From positions 160,001 through 224,000 of the forward strand of contig DASPSR010000007.1 in the NCBI GenBank assembly GCA_035623825.1: a stretch of DNA of 64,000 nucleotides. The letters are read 5' to 3'. Of the stretch, positions 19,557 to 29,006 are shown one piece after another. The stretch comes from Nitrospirota bacterium. GTDB taxonomy: Bacteria; Nitrospirota; UBA9217. Made by a program: the position numbers and the translations under genes. Each line of letters begins with the position of its first letter. Position 1 is the first letter of the stretch. Under the pieces are notes generated by a model. The model did not search any database. It was not told where the DNA came from and was given only the letters and a program-made list of their open reading frames with translations.

Positions 19557-20741
19557 ATGAAAAAGATTTTGATGATATGTCTTCTTCTCGTCCTCGTGGC
19601 CTGCGCCCGACCCCCGATGCCGGTCACGAAGCCCGAAGATGCGCTTGAGAGAATCTCCTGGTGGCGGGCTGTTGCGCCGCGTGATGACCGGGAGTTCAAG
19701 GATGTCGCCACGGCGGCACATCAAAGCCTGGAGTATTACAAGAAACTGCCTTCCGGGACGAGCTTCTCTTTCGGCCGGGAACAGGTCACCGCACTGGACA
19801 TGGTCGTGACTCTGCAGAACTTTCTCTTGATCGTTGAGAACGATTCGCTCACCGCTGACCAGAAAGTAAGGCAAATAAAGAACGAATTTGTACTCTACCG
19901 TTCGGTTGGTTCGAACGGCAAGGTTCTGTTCACCGGATACTACGAACCGGTGCTCGCGTGCAGGCTGGTTGCCGATGACATATACAAGTATCCTCTTTAC
20001 CGAAGGCCGGATGATATCATCGAGATCGACCTCACCCTGTTCGGAGACAGCTTCCCGAAAGACAAGATATTCGGCAGGCTGGACCATAATAAGGTCATCC
20101 CGTATTACTCGCGCGAAGAGATAGACAAAAAGCAGGTCATCGCGAACAGGGGTTTGGAAATGCTCTGGTGCAACGACCCCGTCGCGATGTATTTCCTCCA
20201 AGTCCAGGGATCAGGCAAGGTGGATCTGGGTGACGGGAACGTTGTGAGTGTGCTGTACGATGGTCAGAACGGCAGGCCTTACAAGAGCATCGGCAAATAT
20301 CTTATCGACGGCGGCTTTATTCTCAAAGAGAACATGTCCATGCAGGCGATCCGCGAATACCTTTACGCCCATCTTGACGATGTCTTTGGGATTTTAAACC
20401 AGAATCCGAGCTATGTTTTCTTCCGCATGGACATGGGGCCGGCGATCGGAAACATCGGCGTGCCGCTCACCCCCGGCCGTTCCATTGCCACGGACAGCAG
20501 GCTCTTCCCCAAAGGTGCCCTCGCACTCATTGCAACCCAAAAGCCGGTTGTCGAGAATGGCGCTATCAAGGCGTGGGTGCCTTTCACGCGGTTCGTACTG
20601 AACCAAGACACGGGCGGAGCCATTAAGGGGCCTGGTAGGGTGGACCTGTTCTGGGGTCAGGGCGAAGAGGCCGAAATAGGGGCGGGGTACATGCAGCAGA
20701 AAGGGGAGTTGTATTTCTTGATGAGGAAAAAATCCCAATAA
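19557..20741 (+). CDS. mltA: Membrane-bound lytic transglycosylase A
   Basis: Lipobox LVAC, FTGYYEP, LQVQGSG, NPSYVFF, QDTGGAIKGPGRVDLFWG. Confidence 0.92.
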   Translation: MKKILMICLLLVLVACARPPMPVTKPEDALERISWWRAVAPRDDREFKDVATAAHQSLEYYKKLPSGTSFSFGREQVTALDMVVTLQNFLLIVENDSLTADQKVRQIKNEFVLYRSVGSNGKVLFTGYYEPVLACRLVADDIYKYPLYRRPDDIIEIDLTLFGDSFPKDKIFGRLDHNKVIPYYSREEIDKKQVIANRGLEMLWCNDPVAMYFLQVQGSGKVDLGDGNVVSVLYDGQNGRPYKSIGKYLIDGGFILKENMSMQAIREYLYAHLDDVFGILNQNPSYVFFRMDMGPAIGNIGVPLTPGRSIATDSRLFPKGALALIATQKPVVENGAIKAWVPFTRFVLNQDTGGAIKGPGRVDLFWGQGEEAEIGAGYMQQKGELYFLMRKKSQ

Positions 20742-21008
20742 ATTCTGAACGCTCAGTGCAAAACCACGGAGGACAAAACATTTAAAAAATTATCTATTAG
20801 ATATCGCTGATCAGAGAATCGAATGTGGCGTTCCGTTTCCCTAGTCCATCTTCCAAAAAATTCTTTTGTGAGCTTCTGGTTGTGTCCTCAGGTGGGAGGC
20901 CAAGCGGGCTGTTGGCACCTATATGGGCCCCTCGAGGCGGTACGCATGAATGCCGGGGAACGGGAAAGGAATCCGTCTTGTGTGCGGCGCAGGATTTTTT
21001 CGCTTGCC

Positions 21009-21037
21009 TTGACAATACCGCTCGCTGCACCTACACT
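21009..21037 (+). promoter_or_regulatory. sigma70 promoter of the Lon-like gene
   Basis: TTGACA-17nt-TACACT, then SD AAGGAGG. Confidence 0.6.
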
Positions 21038-21068
21038 CTAAATAAAATCTTTCCGAAGGAGGACAGCT

Positions 21069-23516
21069 GTGAACATGAGAGATAGAGAGCTGCCAGCATC
21101 CGAACTCAGGCACGCGACAGACCCCGCCGAATTCCCGTTCCAGACCACCGCCGAGATCTCGCTCAAGGATGAGGTGATCGGCCAAGCACGCGCTGTAAAT
21201 TCCATAGAGTTCGGGCTCTCCATCCATAATCACGGCTATAATATCTTCGTTTCCGGGATCCCCGGCACGGGCAGAAACACAATCGTCAAATCCATTGTAA
21301 AGCGGATTTCCCTCGGACGTCCAGTGCCTGACGACTGGTGCTACATCAATAATTTCAAGGATGCTGACCGGCCGCATGCAGTCAATCTCCCCCCTGGAAA
21401 GGGAAGCGAATTCCGGCACGACGTGGATGCTTTCATCGCGTTCATGCAGAGCGAGATCCCGAAAGTCTTCGAGTCAAAGGAGTACGAGGAGCAGAAGACC
21501 CGCATCGTCGAGGGAGAGGAAAAGGCCAAGGAAGTCCTCTTCGGTGAGGCCGGCCAGCGGGCACTCGGACTCGGGTTCCAGCTTTCGATTACCCGCACGG
21601 GCATTGTAAAAGTCCCTCTGTGGAAGGGCAGGCCGCTCCAGCAGCAAGAGTTGGAAGGTCTTGCGCCCGAGCAGCGGCTCGAGCTCGAGGAACGCGAAAA
21701 GAAAGTGGACGTCGAGATCCGCGATTTCCTAGCCAAGGCCCGACAGCTGGACAAAGAAGCGCACGAGAAGATCCACGAGCTGAACCGCCGCATAGCGCAC
21801 TTCGCCATGGGGCACCAGCTTGAAGATCTCAAGGAAAAGTACGGCGTCAACCAGCGAATTCACGAATATCTCTCCGAGATTGAGGAAGACATCCTGAACA
21901 ACCTGCGCGAATTCCTCGGCCAGACACCGGAACTGCCCATAGCCATTGAGGGAATGGACAAGGTGAGCTTCTTTGAACGCTACAGGGTGAATGTCATCGT
22001 GGACAATTCCGGAACGAGGGGCGGACCCGTGGTGGACGAGGCAAACCCCACGTACAACAATCTTGTGGGCCGTATCGAGCGCAAAGCGCGGTTCGGCGCA
22101 TTCTATACCAACTTCACCATGATACGCTCAGGCTCCGTGCTCCAGGCCAACGGCGGATATCTCGTGCTGAACGCGCTCGATGTGCTCCGGAACCCATTTT
22201 CCTGGGACGCGCTCAAGCGTATCATAAAGAAGAACGAGGTGAAGATCGAGGACGTAGCCGAACTCTACGGCTTCACTACGGGCGGTATCAAACCCGAACC
22301 CATACCGGTTTCTCTCAAGATCATCATGCTTGGAAGCCCGTGGCTTTACTACCTTCTTTATTATTATGATGAGGACTTTCGCGATATCTTCAAGGTCAAG
22401 TCCGACTTCGATACCCAGGTCACGAGCACCCATGACGAAAAGATGCGTTACGCGAACTTTATCGGCAACATGGTGAAGACCGAGAACTTGCTTCCCTTTG
22501 ACCGGAATGCGGTAGCAGCCGTCATAGACTATGCCGTCCGATTGAGCGAGAGAAAAAGTAAGCTTTCCCTCAGGTTCAGCGATCTCACGGACCTGGTGCG
22601 CGAGGCGTCGTATTGGGCGTCGCAGGCACGGAGCACAGTTGTGACCGTTGAACACGTAGACAAGGCGCTAGACGAGAAGGTCTATCGGGCCAATTTGATC
22701 GATGAGCGCATCCAAGAGCTCTTTGCCGACGGAACACTGATGGTTGATGTGACAGGCGCAGTCACAGCGCAGGTGAACGGTCTGTCGGTGTACGATATCG
22801 GGAATTTTTCCTTCGGTAAGCCGTCGCGCATAACGGCCAGGGTATACCTAGGCAAAGGCGGTGTCCTTGATATCGAGCGTGAGGCTAAACTTTCGGGCCG
22901 CATTTACAACAAAGGCGTGCTCATTCTCTCAGGATACCTGGGTGGCGTGTATGCACAGGATAAGCCGCTTTCGCTTTCGGCCAGCTTGGCCTTTGAACAG
23001 AGCTATGGAGAGGTCGAGGGGGACAGCGCCTCGACGGCGGAGCTCGTCGCGCTCATATCGGGTATCGCCGAGGTTCCGGTGAAACAGGGAATTGCTATCA
23101 CGGGCTCAATCAACCAGAAAGGCGAGATCCAACCCATCGGCGGTGTGAACGAAAAAGTCGAGGGATTCTTTGCTGTGTGCAGGAACCGGGGGCTCACTGG
23201 CGAACAGGGCGTTGTTATTCCGAGGATCAATGTAAAGAACCTCATGCTTAAAAAGGGTGTTGTCGAGGCGGTCAGGGAAGGGAAATTCAGGATCTACGCC
23301 GTCTCGACTGTCAACGAGGCGCTCGAAATACTAACCGGTATGCCTGCGGGGGAGAGGGACGACGAAGGAGCCTATCCCGAAGGGTCCGTTAACTTTCTAG
23401 TCGATAAAAAGCTGAAGGAGATGTCAAGAAAGCAGAAAACCGAGGATAAGGGCGAGGAAAAAAAAGAGAAAAAGGAAGAAAACAATGAGATGCCACCCAA
23501 CAAAACGCAGCCATGA
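21069..23516 (+). CDS. Lon-like protease (LonC/YcbZ type, AAA_32 domain)
   Basis: IGQARA, GYNIF, GQ/AQVNGL, EQSYGEVEGDSAS (catalytic Ser), IGGVNEKVEG (catalytic Lys). Confidence 0.88.
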   Translation: MNMRDRELPASELRHATDPAEFPFQTTAEISLKDEVIGQARAVNSIEFGLSIHNHGYNIFVSGIPGTGRNTIVKSIVKRISLGRPVPDDWCYINNFKDADRPHAVNLPPGKGSEFRHDVDAFIAFMQSEIPKVFESKEYEEQKTRIVEGEEKAKEVLFGEAGQRALGLGFQLSITRTGIVKVPLWKGRPLQQQELEGLAPEQRLELEEREKKVDVEIRDFLAKARQLDKEAHEKIHELNRRIAHFAMGHQLEDLKEKYGVNQRIHEYLSEIEEDILNNLREFLGQTPELPIAIEGMDKVSFFERYRVNVIVDNSGTRGGPVVDEANPTYNNLVGRIERKARFGAFYTNFTMIRSGSVLQANGGYLVLNALDVLRNPFSWDALKRIIKKNEVKIEDVAELYGFTTGGIKPEPIPVSLKIIMLGSPWLYYLLYYYDEDFRDIFKVKSDFDTQVTSTHDEKMRYANFIGNMVKTENLLPFDRNAVAAVIDYAVRLSERKSKLSLRFSDLTDLVREASYWASQARSTVVTVEHVDKALDEKVYRANLIDERIQELFADGTLMVDVTGAVTAQVNGLSVYDIGNFSFGKPSRITARVYLGKGGVLDIEREAKLSGRIYNKGVLILSGYLGGVYAQDKPLSLSASLAFEQSYGEVEGDSASTAELVALISGIAEVPVKQGIAITGSINQKGEIQPIGGVNEKVEGFFAVCRNRGLTGEQGVVIPRINVKNLMLKKGVVEAVREGKFRIYAVSTVNEALEILTGMPAGERDDEGAYPEGSVNFLVDKKLKEMSRKQKTEDKGEEKKEKKEENNEMPPNKTQP

Positions 23517-23761
23517 TGATCCGTTCTACGACGATATGTGAAATCTGTTACTGGTTCCGTTGCTACGCTTTCGAAAACGTTGCTTTTCAGGTTGTTGAGG
23601 GTAAAAGTTTGTTGTCGACCCGTTTCGTCATTAAAGTTGTTTATGTGGACGGTTCCCTGATCCCGTCGCGAACCGTTCGGGGGCGGGGGGCGGGAGCCGG
23701 CTTCACGAGAGGTTTCAAATGTACGAAAGCTATTAGTGCTTAATCGGAATGACATCATATT

Positions 23762-24370
23762 ATGGGGTGGAACAGATTGCTTTCTAAAGCGTGCATCCAA
23801 TTGCCCGATTGGACCAAGAATATATTAACGACATCCCCTGAGGTGTTCTCGTCAGCCGAAGACCGTCTGCGCTTTGTCATAGCACTTGCGCGTCAGAACG
23901 TGCAGCGTCAAACGGGCGGCCCCTTCGCCGCTGCCGTCTTTGACGAAGGCGGCCACTTGACCGCCCTAGGGGTCAACATGGTCGTCATCTCGAATTGCTC
24001 CGTTCTTCATGCGGAAATTGTGGCGCTGGTTCTCGCTCAAAAGGCCTTAAATAGGTACGACCTCAGCGACGGAGGCAGACTGCACTATGATCTTGTAACC
24101 GCCGCAGAACCCTGCGCCATGTGCTTCGGCGCCATAACCTGGTCTGGCATCCGGCGACTTGTGTGCGGGGCGCGAGACGAGGACGTGCGGGCCATTGGAT
24201 TCGATGAAGGGCCCAAGTTGAATGATTGGGTCGCGGCGCTCAATGGTCGCGGGATAACGGTGGTGCGGGACGTTCTCCGTGAGGAAGCAACGGCAGTACT
24301 TCGAGAATACGTTGCAGCAGGAGGGACAATCTACAATTCCGGTCGTCCAGCTGGGTCATCCTTGAAATGA
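23762..24370 (+). CDS. Nucleoside/guanine deaminase family protein
   Basis: GGPFAAAV, HAEIVA, EPCAMC, GFDEG. Confidence 0.85.
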   Translation: MGWNRLLSKACIQLPDWTKNILTTSPEVFSSAEDRLRFVIALARQNVQRQTGGPFAAAVFDEGGHLTALGVNMVVISNCSVLHAEIVALVLAQKALNRYDLSDGGRLHYDLVTAAEPCAMCFGAITWSGIRRLVCGARDEDVRAIGFDEGPKLNDWVAALNGRGITVVRDVLREEATAVLREYVAAGGTIYNSGRPAGSSLK

Positions 24371-24506
24371 ATTCATCCTTGATGTTGTCGGTTGACAAAC
24401 AGAGGGTCATCAAAATGTGCCGAGGAAATGCAACGTAATTATCCTCTGCAAAAATACACGCCTCGTGCCAGGGTGATGGCGCTAGGTTGCCTCCCGAAAC
24501 TTGCAG

Positions 24507-24535
24507 TTGACAATATTCAACAAAATGTTTAGATT
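24507..24535 (+). promoter_or_regulatory. sigma70 promoter ahead of a leader of about 215 nt
   Basis: TTGACA-17nt-TAGATT. Confidence 0.55.
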
Positions 24536-24758
24536 ACATCACGATGCGGGAGGATCCCAGACGATCTTTAAATCCGGCACATCACGTGAACGTGATCCCG
24601 GAGCCGAGTCGGGAGATCGAAGATTGCGATGGAGACTGGTCCTGCTCACTGTCACACGGTGCACCATGCATTGAGGATACGCAAGCCGGAACTCCTCTTA
24701 AGTGGTGCAGCGCCGGTGAGTGCCGGCTGAATTCCATGATCTCTGAATGGATGGGAGT

Positions 24759-25124
24759 ATGAAGACTATATTGCTGGTAGACGATGATAGCGATATCTTA
24801 AGTTACCTAGAGGACACCTTGAGCATGTTCGGGTATCATGTTATACCGAAACCCGATGCTGGATCTGCTTTGTCAGTCATTCGGGAAGGGACGAAAGTTG
24901 ATCTTGTCGTGACGGATTACTCGATGCCCGGGATGGGGAGTCGTGAATATTTCACTGCGCTCAAACAGGCCTTGCCGACCGTGCCGGTTATCATCCTCAC
25001 TGGGTATGGCTCTGTGGAGAACGATATAAAGTCTCTCGGGCTCTCACTGGTCGAATATGTCAGCAAGCCGGTCGAGTCAAAGGAGCTAGATCGTATCGTA
25101 AAGGCGGTGTTGGACAGAAGATAA
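24759..25124 (+). CDS. Single-domain response regulator (REC)
   Basis: ILLVDDD, VVTDYSMP (phospho-Asp), ILTG, KP. Confidence 0.9.
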   Translation: MKTILLVDDDSDILSYLEDTLSMFGYHVIPKPDAGSALSVIREGTKVDLVVTDYSMPGMGSREYFTALKQALPTVPVIILTGYGSVENDIKSLGLSLVEYVSKPVESKELDRIVKAVLDRR

Positions 25125-25210
25125 GAAGCCAAGAATTTTCAGGAAGGATTTGGTTTTCCGTTTCGTCCTAGCAATGTGGATCAGGAAGTGCAGCAATCGT
25201 GCGCTCAACT

Positions 25211-25378
25211 CTACGTTGGCTGGGGATACTCGGTTGGAATCGGCATCCCGCGCGTATAACAGCATTCTCCCCACTCAGTTTCCCGAACCAGAAGATTTTC
25301 TAAGACCAAGCTGGCTTCATAACAGGCTTGGGGCTGAGATACGCTACGATAATCTGCACTAATACCTTCTTTTCTCAT
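25211..25378 (-). CDS. Possible 55-aa small protein (absent from the ORF track)
   Basis: MRKEGISADY...WGECCYTRGMPIPTEYPQPT*; a purine-rich AGGGTAGG lies upstream. No homology recognised. Confidence 0.25.
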   Translation of the reverse strand: MRKEGISADYRSVSQPQACYEASLVLENLLVRETEWGECCYTRGMPIPTEYPQPT

Positions 25379-25665
25379 GCCGCCTACCCTTTGTATAACC
25401 TCGGAACAAGCTCATCGTTTTTTACATTTGATCCTTAATTTGTTGTTGGTCAAAGGACGTTAAAAACTTGAGAAAATAACACAATATTGTTTGACTTTGT
25501 AATAATATCCATATCCTGTGATTTGAATCACTTTCTTGCAGGTTGTTTCGCTTTTAAAATGGTCTTTCACATACTGCAATGGATTGATCTGCTGCCGGTC
25601 ATTATGAGGCGCAATCCATCAGATTTTTGAGGACTGCGTGATAGATCGTGTTATACGGTGAAGTC

Positions 25666-25697
25666 AAAAAGAATAGGCTCCGGGGATTCCCGGAGCC
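25666..25697 (-). terminator. Intrinsic terminator of the 86-aa gene
   Basis: GGCTCCGGG/CCCGGAGCC stem followed by a T-rich tail on the minus strand. Confidence 0.6.
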
Positions 25698-25732
25698 GCT
25701 ACAGGTTGATCCATTTCACGGGTATGTTATCT

Positions 25733-25993
25733 TTATTTTGCCTTTACTTCGATGTCCGTTGCCTTCATCTCGTACTGGATAGTGACCTTGGCGCCGACCT
25801 TGAGGTCGCCCTTGACCTTGGTGTTCGCGTCCTTGGCTATTTCCCATTTGTCCTTGCCCTTCTGGACCACGATCATCGTATCCTTGACCTCCAAGACTGG
25901 GCCGGTCACTTGATAGGTCTTGACAGACCCGGCGAATGCTGCTGCTGCCACGATTATTGCTACGACTGCTGCTACGATTGCTGCGCGCTTCAT
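25733..25993 (-). CDS. Small exported OB-fold-like protein
   Basis: Ala-rich signal peptide ending AFA; YQVTGPVLEV..KGDLKVGAKVTIQY; SD AAGGAGG. Confidence 0.75.
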   Translation of the reverse strand: MKRAAIVAAVVAIIVAAAAFAGSVKTYQVTGPVLEVKDTMIVVQKGKDKWEIAKDANTKVKGDLKVGAKVTIQYEMKATDIEVKAK

Positions 25994-26525
25994 AGAAGAC
26001 CTCCTTGAAGTGAGATGATAACAGCAAAACTATAGCGAATACCATCGCCTCTGTCAAGGGTACAGTAATCCTTTCGGCCTCCTGATGCCGTCCCCGGCGT
26101 TTGCCGCCAAGGACTGAGCCCGACACGCTACGGATGATCTGGCGTCATATCCGGCTGCCGATAACATGGGCGCACTTCTGGCAGTGATGCAGAAGGCCTT
26201 CTCGGCCTCTGAAACGGCTGATGCGGCAGAATTGTTCGGCCATCACGCAGATCGTGACGTCCTTGCACATCCGACTCTGTGGCGCGACACCCCCGCGATG
26301 CGACAGAACGGAGCTGAGCAAAATCTGGCGAATAGGATTGTTCCAGGCCGGCCTTGGCTTAAAAGCGCTTTTGACCAAGGTTTTCACGCATCGGCCATAT
26401 CAAGCTTGCATCAGGGGCGTATGACGACGCAAATCGAATAAAACTTTTCGTTTGATTTTATCTCGGCGTGATGCTATTATTTTCGATACTGCCCAAGAGG
26501 AACGCGGTCGTTCGAGGTTCTCGTT

Positions 26526-29006
26526 ATGATGAAGAAATGGTTTGATAAAATCCTTGGAATAATCCATAAGTGGTATTTGTCGGCTTGGGAAAAGTTCAAG
26601 GTCTTCTGGTTCGCCTTTGCGCTTCCCTGGTTTAAGGACTTCACTCCCAAGAAGGCGTTAAAGATCCTCGTCATAGCATTTGTGGCCGGCATTCTCTTTA
26701 TCGCGCTCTTGTTCTACATTCTCTCTTTCGGCCTGCCCACGGTCGAATCGCTCAAGGACTACAAACCGAGCCCGGGTACGCTCATCTTGGCCGAGGACGG
26801 CAGGGTACTGGGTCAGGTGAAGATCGAGAAGGGCATCTACGTACCGCTTCAGCGGATCCCGAAGTTCATGGTGAACGCGCTGCTTGCGACCGAGGATCCG
26901 CGCTTCTACCAGCACAAGGGCATCGATTACCGCGGCATCATGCGAGCTGCGCTGAAAGACATTATGTCGGTCCGGCTGAAGCAGGGTGGCAGCACAATCA
27001 CGCAACAGCTCACGAAGGTGGTTTTCCTTTCCCCGGAACGGAAGTTCACACGCAAGATAAAAGAAATTATCCTTGCACGACGGTTGGAAAAAGAACTAAA
27101 CAAGGAGGAGATCCTCGAACTCTACCTGAACAAGATCTACTTCGGCCACGGAGCCTACGGCGTACAGATGGCTGCCAAGACATATTTCGGGAAAAACGCT
27201 TGGGAACTCAACCAGGCCGAGGCTGCGCTTCTTGCCGGTCTGCCAAAATCGCCCATGGTATACTCACCCTACAGCGATATCGACCTGACCAAACTGCGGC
27301 AGTGGCAGGTGCTCAAGAGGATGGTGGACGAAGGTTACCTGACCACCGACCAAAGCATGAAAATCTACAACCAGCCGCTTAATCTCGAGAACCTGAGGCC
27401 CCAGGAAGAGCTTGCGCCGCACCTCGTGGACTATATCCGCAAATACATCGAGAAGAAGTACGGGCCTGAAATGCTGTACCAGGATGGGCTCAAAGTCTAC
27501 ACGACGATCGACCTCGATCTTCAGCGGGCAGCGGTATCGGCACTTAGGGAAGGTCTTCGTTCGCTCGACAAACGGCAGGGGTTCCGCGGTCGCGTGGGCT
27601 TCAAGAAGCTCAAGTCCACGCCGATCCAGTGGGGTTCGCTCCATGTGATGGTAAAGCCCGGGGAAGGGTTCAACGCGCACGTGCTGGCGGTCGGCGATAA
27701 CTATATCACGGTCAGGGGTCGCGGGCTTGTCGGCTACATCATGCAGGAGGACATGGCCTGGGCACTCCTCAAGCATAAGAAGAAACGGGATGATCCTGAT
27801 GAATACAAGAAGCCTCAGGAGATCGTCCAGCCAGGCGACATCATCAGGGTTCGCTTAAAGGACTACGACAAGAAGCAGCAACTCGCCTCGTTTGTTCTGG
27901 ACCAGACGCCGCTCGTTGAAGGCGCCGTGGTGTCGATCGAGCCTTTCACCGGGTATGTGCGCGCCATGGTCGGCGGATATGACTTCGTCGAAGGAGGATT
28001 TAACCATGCTACCGAGGCCAAACGCCAGCCCGGATCGTCATTCAAGCCGTTCGTGTACGGCGCGGCGCTCGAAAACGGGTTCACTCCGGCCTCGATCCTC
28101 ATGGACCTGCCGGTAATCCATGAGAAGACCGAGTTCGAAAAGAAAGGATGGAAGCCCGAGAACTACGATGAGCGGTTCCTCGGCCCCATGCGGCTTAGGA
28201 CGGCGCTCGCGCTCTCACGGAACGCCGTCACCGTTGGTCTGCTTGAGAAGATCGGGCTGGACAAAGCCATTAACTTCGCGCGCAAGTGCGGCATCACCAG
28301 CCAGATCAGCTACGATTATACCACGGCCCTCGGCTCGTCTGCGGTCACGCCGCTGGAACTGACCTCTGCCTATGCCACGTTCGCCTCTCAGGGAGTGCAC
28401 ACCGAGCCCATCATCATTACGAGCATCATCGACGGCAAGGGTGCCGTGCTCGAGAGCTACCAGCCCAAGCCTGAGGAGACGATCGATAGGAACACGGCCT
28501 TTCTGGTCACGAGCCTGCTCAAGAGCGTGGTCGAGGAGGGCACGGGCAAGGGCGCACAGGTGCTTGGAAAGCCAATCGCGGGAAAGACCGGAACGACGAA
28601 CAATTATGTGGACGCATGGTTTGTCGGATACACCCCGAGCATCGTGACGGGCGTTTGGGTTGGATATGACAACGCTACGGCTTCACTCGGTGACCGGGAG
28701 ACCGGCGCGCGCGCAGCACTTCCAATCTGGATTTCTGTCATGGCCAAGGCGCTCGCAGGCAAGCCTGCCGAGGACTTCACGCCGACGGAAGACGTGGTCT
28801 TCGTGAAAATCGATCCCGAGACAGGGCTGCTCGCGCGGGAAGGCGCGCCAGATGCGGTAAGCGACGTCTTCCGCAAGGGCACCGAGCCTACGCAGTATGC
28901 CGATGCCAAGAAAGGGCAGAAAGCAGGCCAGTTCTATATGATTGATCAAGGAAGCCCCGTCGAAACAACGAAGAAAAAACAAGAGATGGACGAGGCTGCC
29001 GACTAA
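26526..29006 (+). CDS. mrcA: Penicillin-binding protein 1A
   Basis: EDPRFYQH, GGSTITQQL, RKIKE, QPGSSFKP (SxxK), SRN, KTG. Confidence 0.94.
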   Translation: MMKKWFDKILGIIHKWYLSAWEKFKVFWFAFALPWFKDFTPKKALKILVIAFVAGILFIALLFYILSFGLPTVESLKDYKPSPGTLILAEDGRVLGQVKIEKGIYVPLQRIPKFMVNALLATEDPRFYQHKGIDYRGIMRAALKDIMSVRLKQGGSTITQQLTKVVFLSPERKFTRKIKEIILARRLEKELNKEEILELYLNKIYFGHGAYGVQMAAKTYFGKNAWELNQAEAALLAGLPKSPMVYSPYSDIDLTKLRQWQVLKRMVDEGYLTTDQSMKIYNQPLNLENLRPQEELAPHLVDYIRKYIEKKYGPEMLYQDGLKVYTTIDLDLQRAAVSALREGLRSLDKRQGFRGRVGFKKLKSTPIQWGSLHVMVKPGEGFNAHVLAVGDNYITVRGRGLVGYIMQEDMAWALLKHKKKRDDPDEYKKPQEIVQPGDIIRVRLKDYDKKQQLASFVLDQTPLVEGAVVSIEPFTGYVRAMVGGYDFVEGGFNHATEAKRQPGSSFKPFVYGAALENGFTPASILMDLPVIHEKTEFEKKGWKPENYDERFLGPMRLRTALALSRNAVTVGLLEKIGLDKAINFARKCGITSQISYDYTTALGSSAVTPLELTSAYATFASQGVHTEPIIITSIIDGKGAVLESYQPKPEETIDRNTAFLVTSLLKSVVEEGTGKGAQVLGKPIAGKTGTTNNYVDAWFVGYTPSIVTGVWVGYDNATASLGDRETGARAALPIWISVMAKALAGKPAEDFTPTEDVVFVKIDPETGLLAREGAPDAVSDVFRKGTEPTQYADAKKGQKAGQFYMIDQGSPVETTKKKQEMDEAAD

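Noticed and set aside
20825-20970. Possible 6S-like long hairpin upstream of the Lon-like gene
   Set aside because: Only the outer TTCCGTTTCCC/GGGAACGGGAA pairing is evident; no convincing rod with a central bubble, and not the usual synteny.
23634-23645. 12-mer CATAAACAACTT shared with 40685-40696 near the tRNA (possible att site)
   Set aside because: 12-nt matches are expected by chance in 64 kb, the copies are inverted, and there is no integrase or tRNA 3' duplication.
25935-25985. GCTGCTACGA-like short repeats
   Set aside because: They simply encode the Ala/Val/Ile-rich signal peptide of the 86-aa protein; not a CRISPR or VNTR.
26040-26460. Short ORFs upstream of the PBP1A gene
   Set aside because: No recognisable motifs or SD, and the frames conflict with one another.
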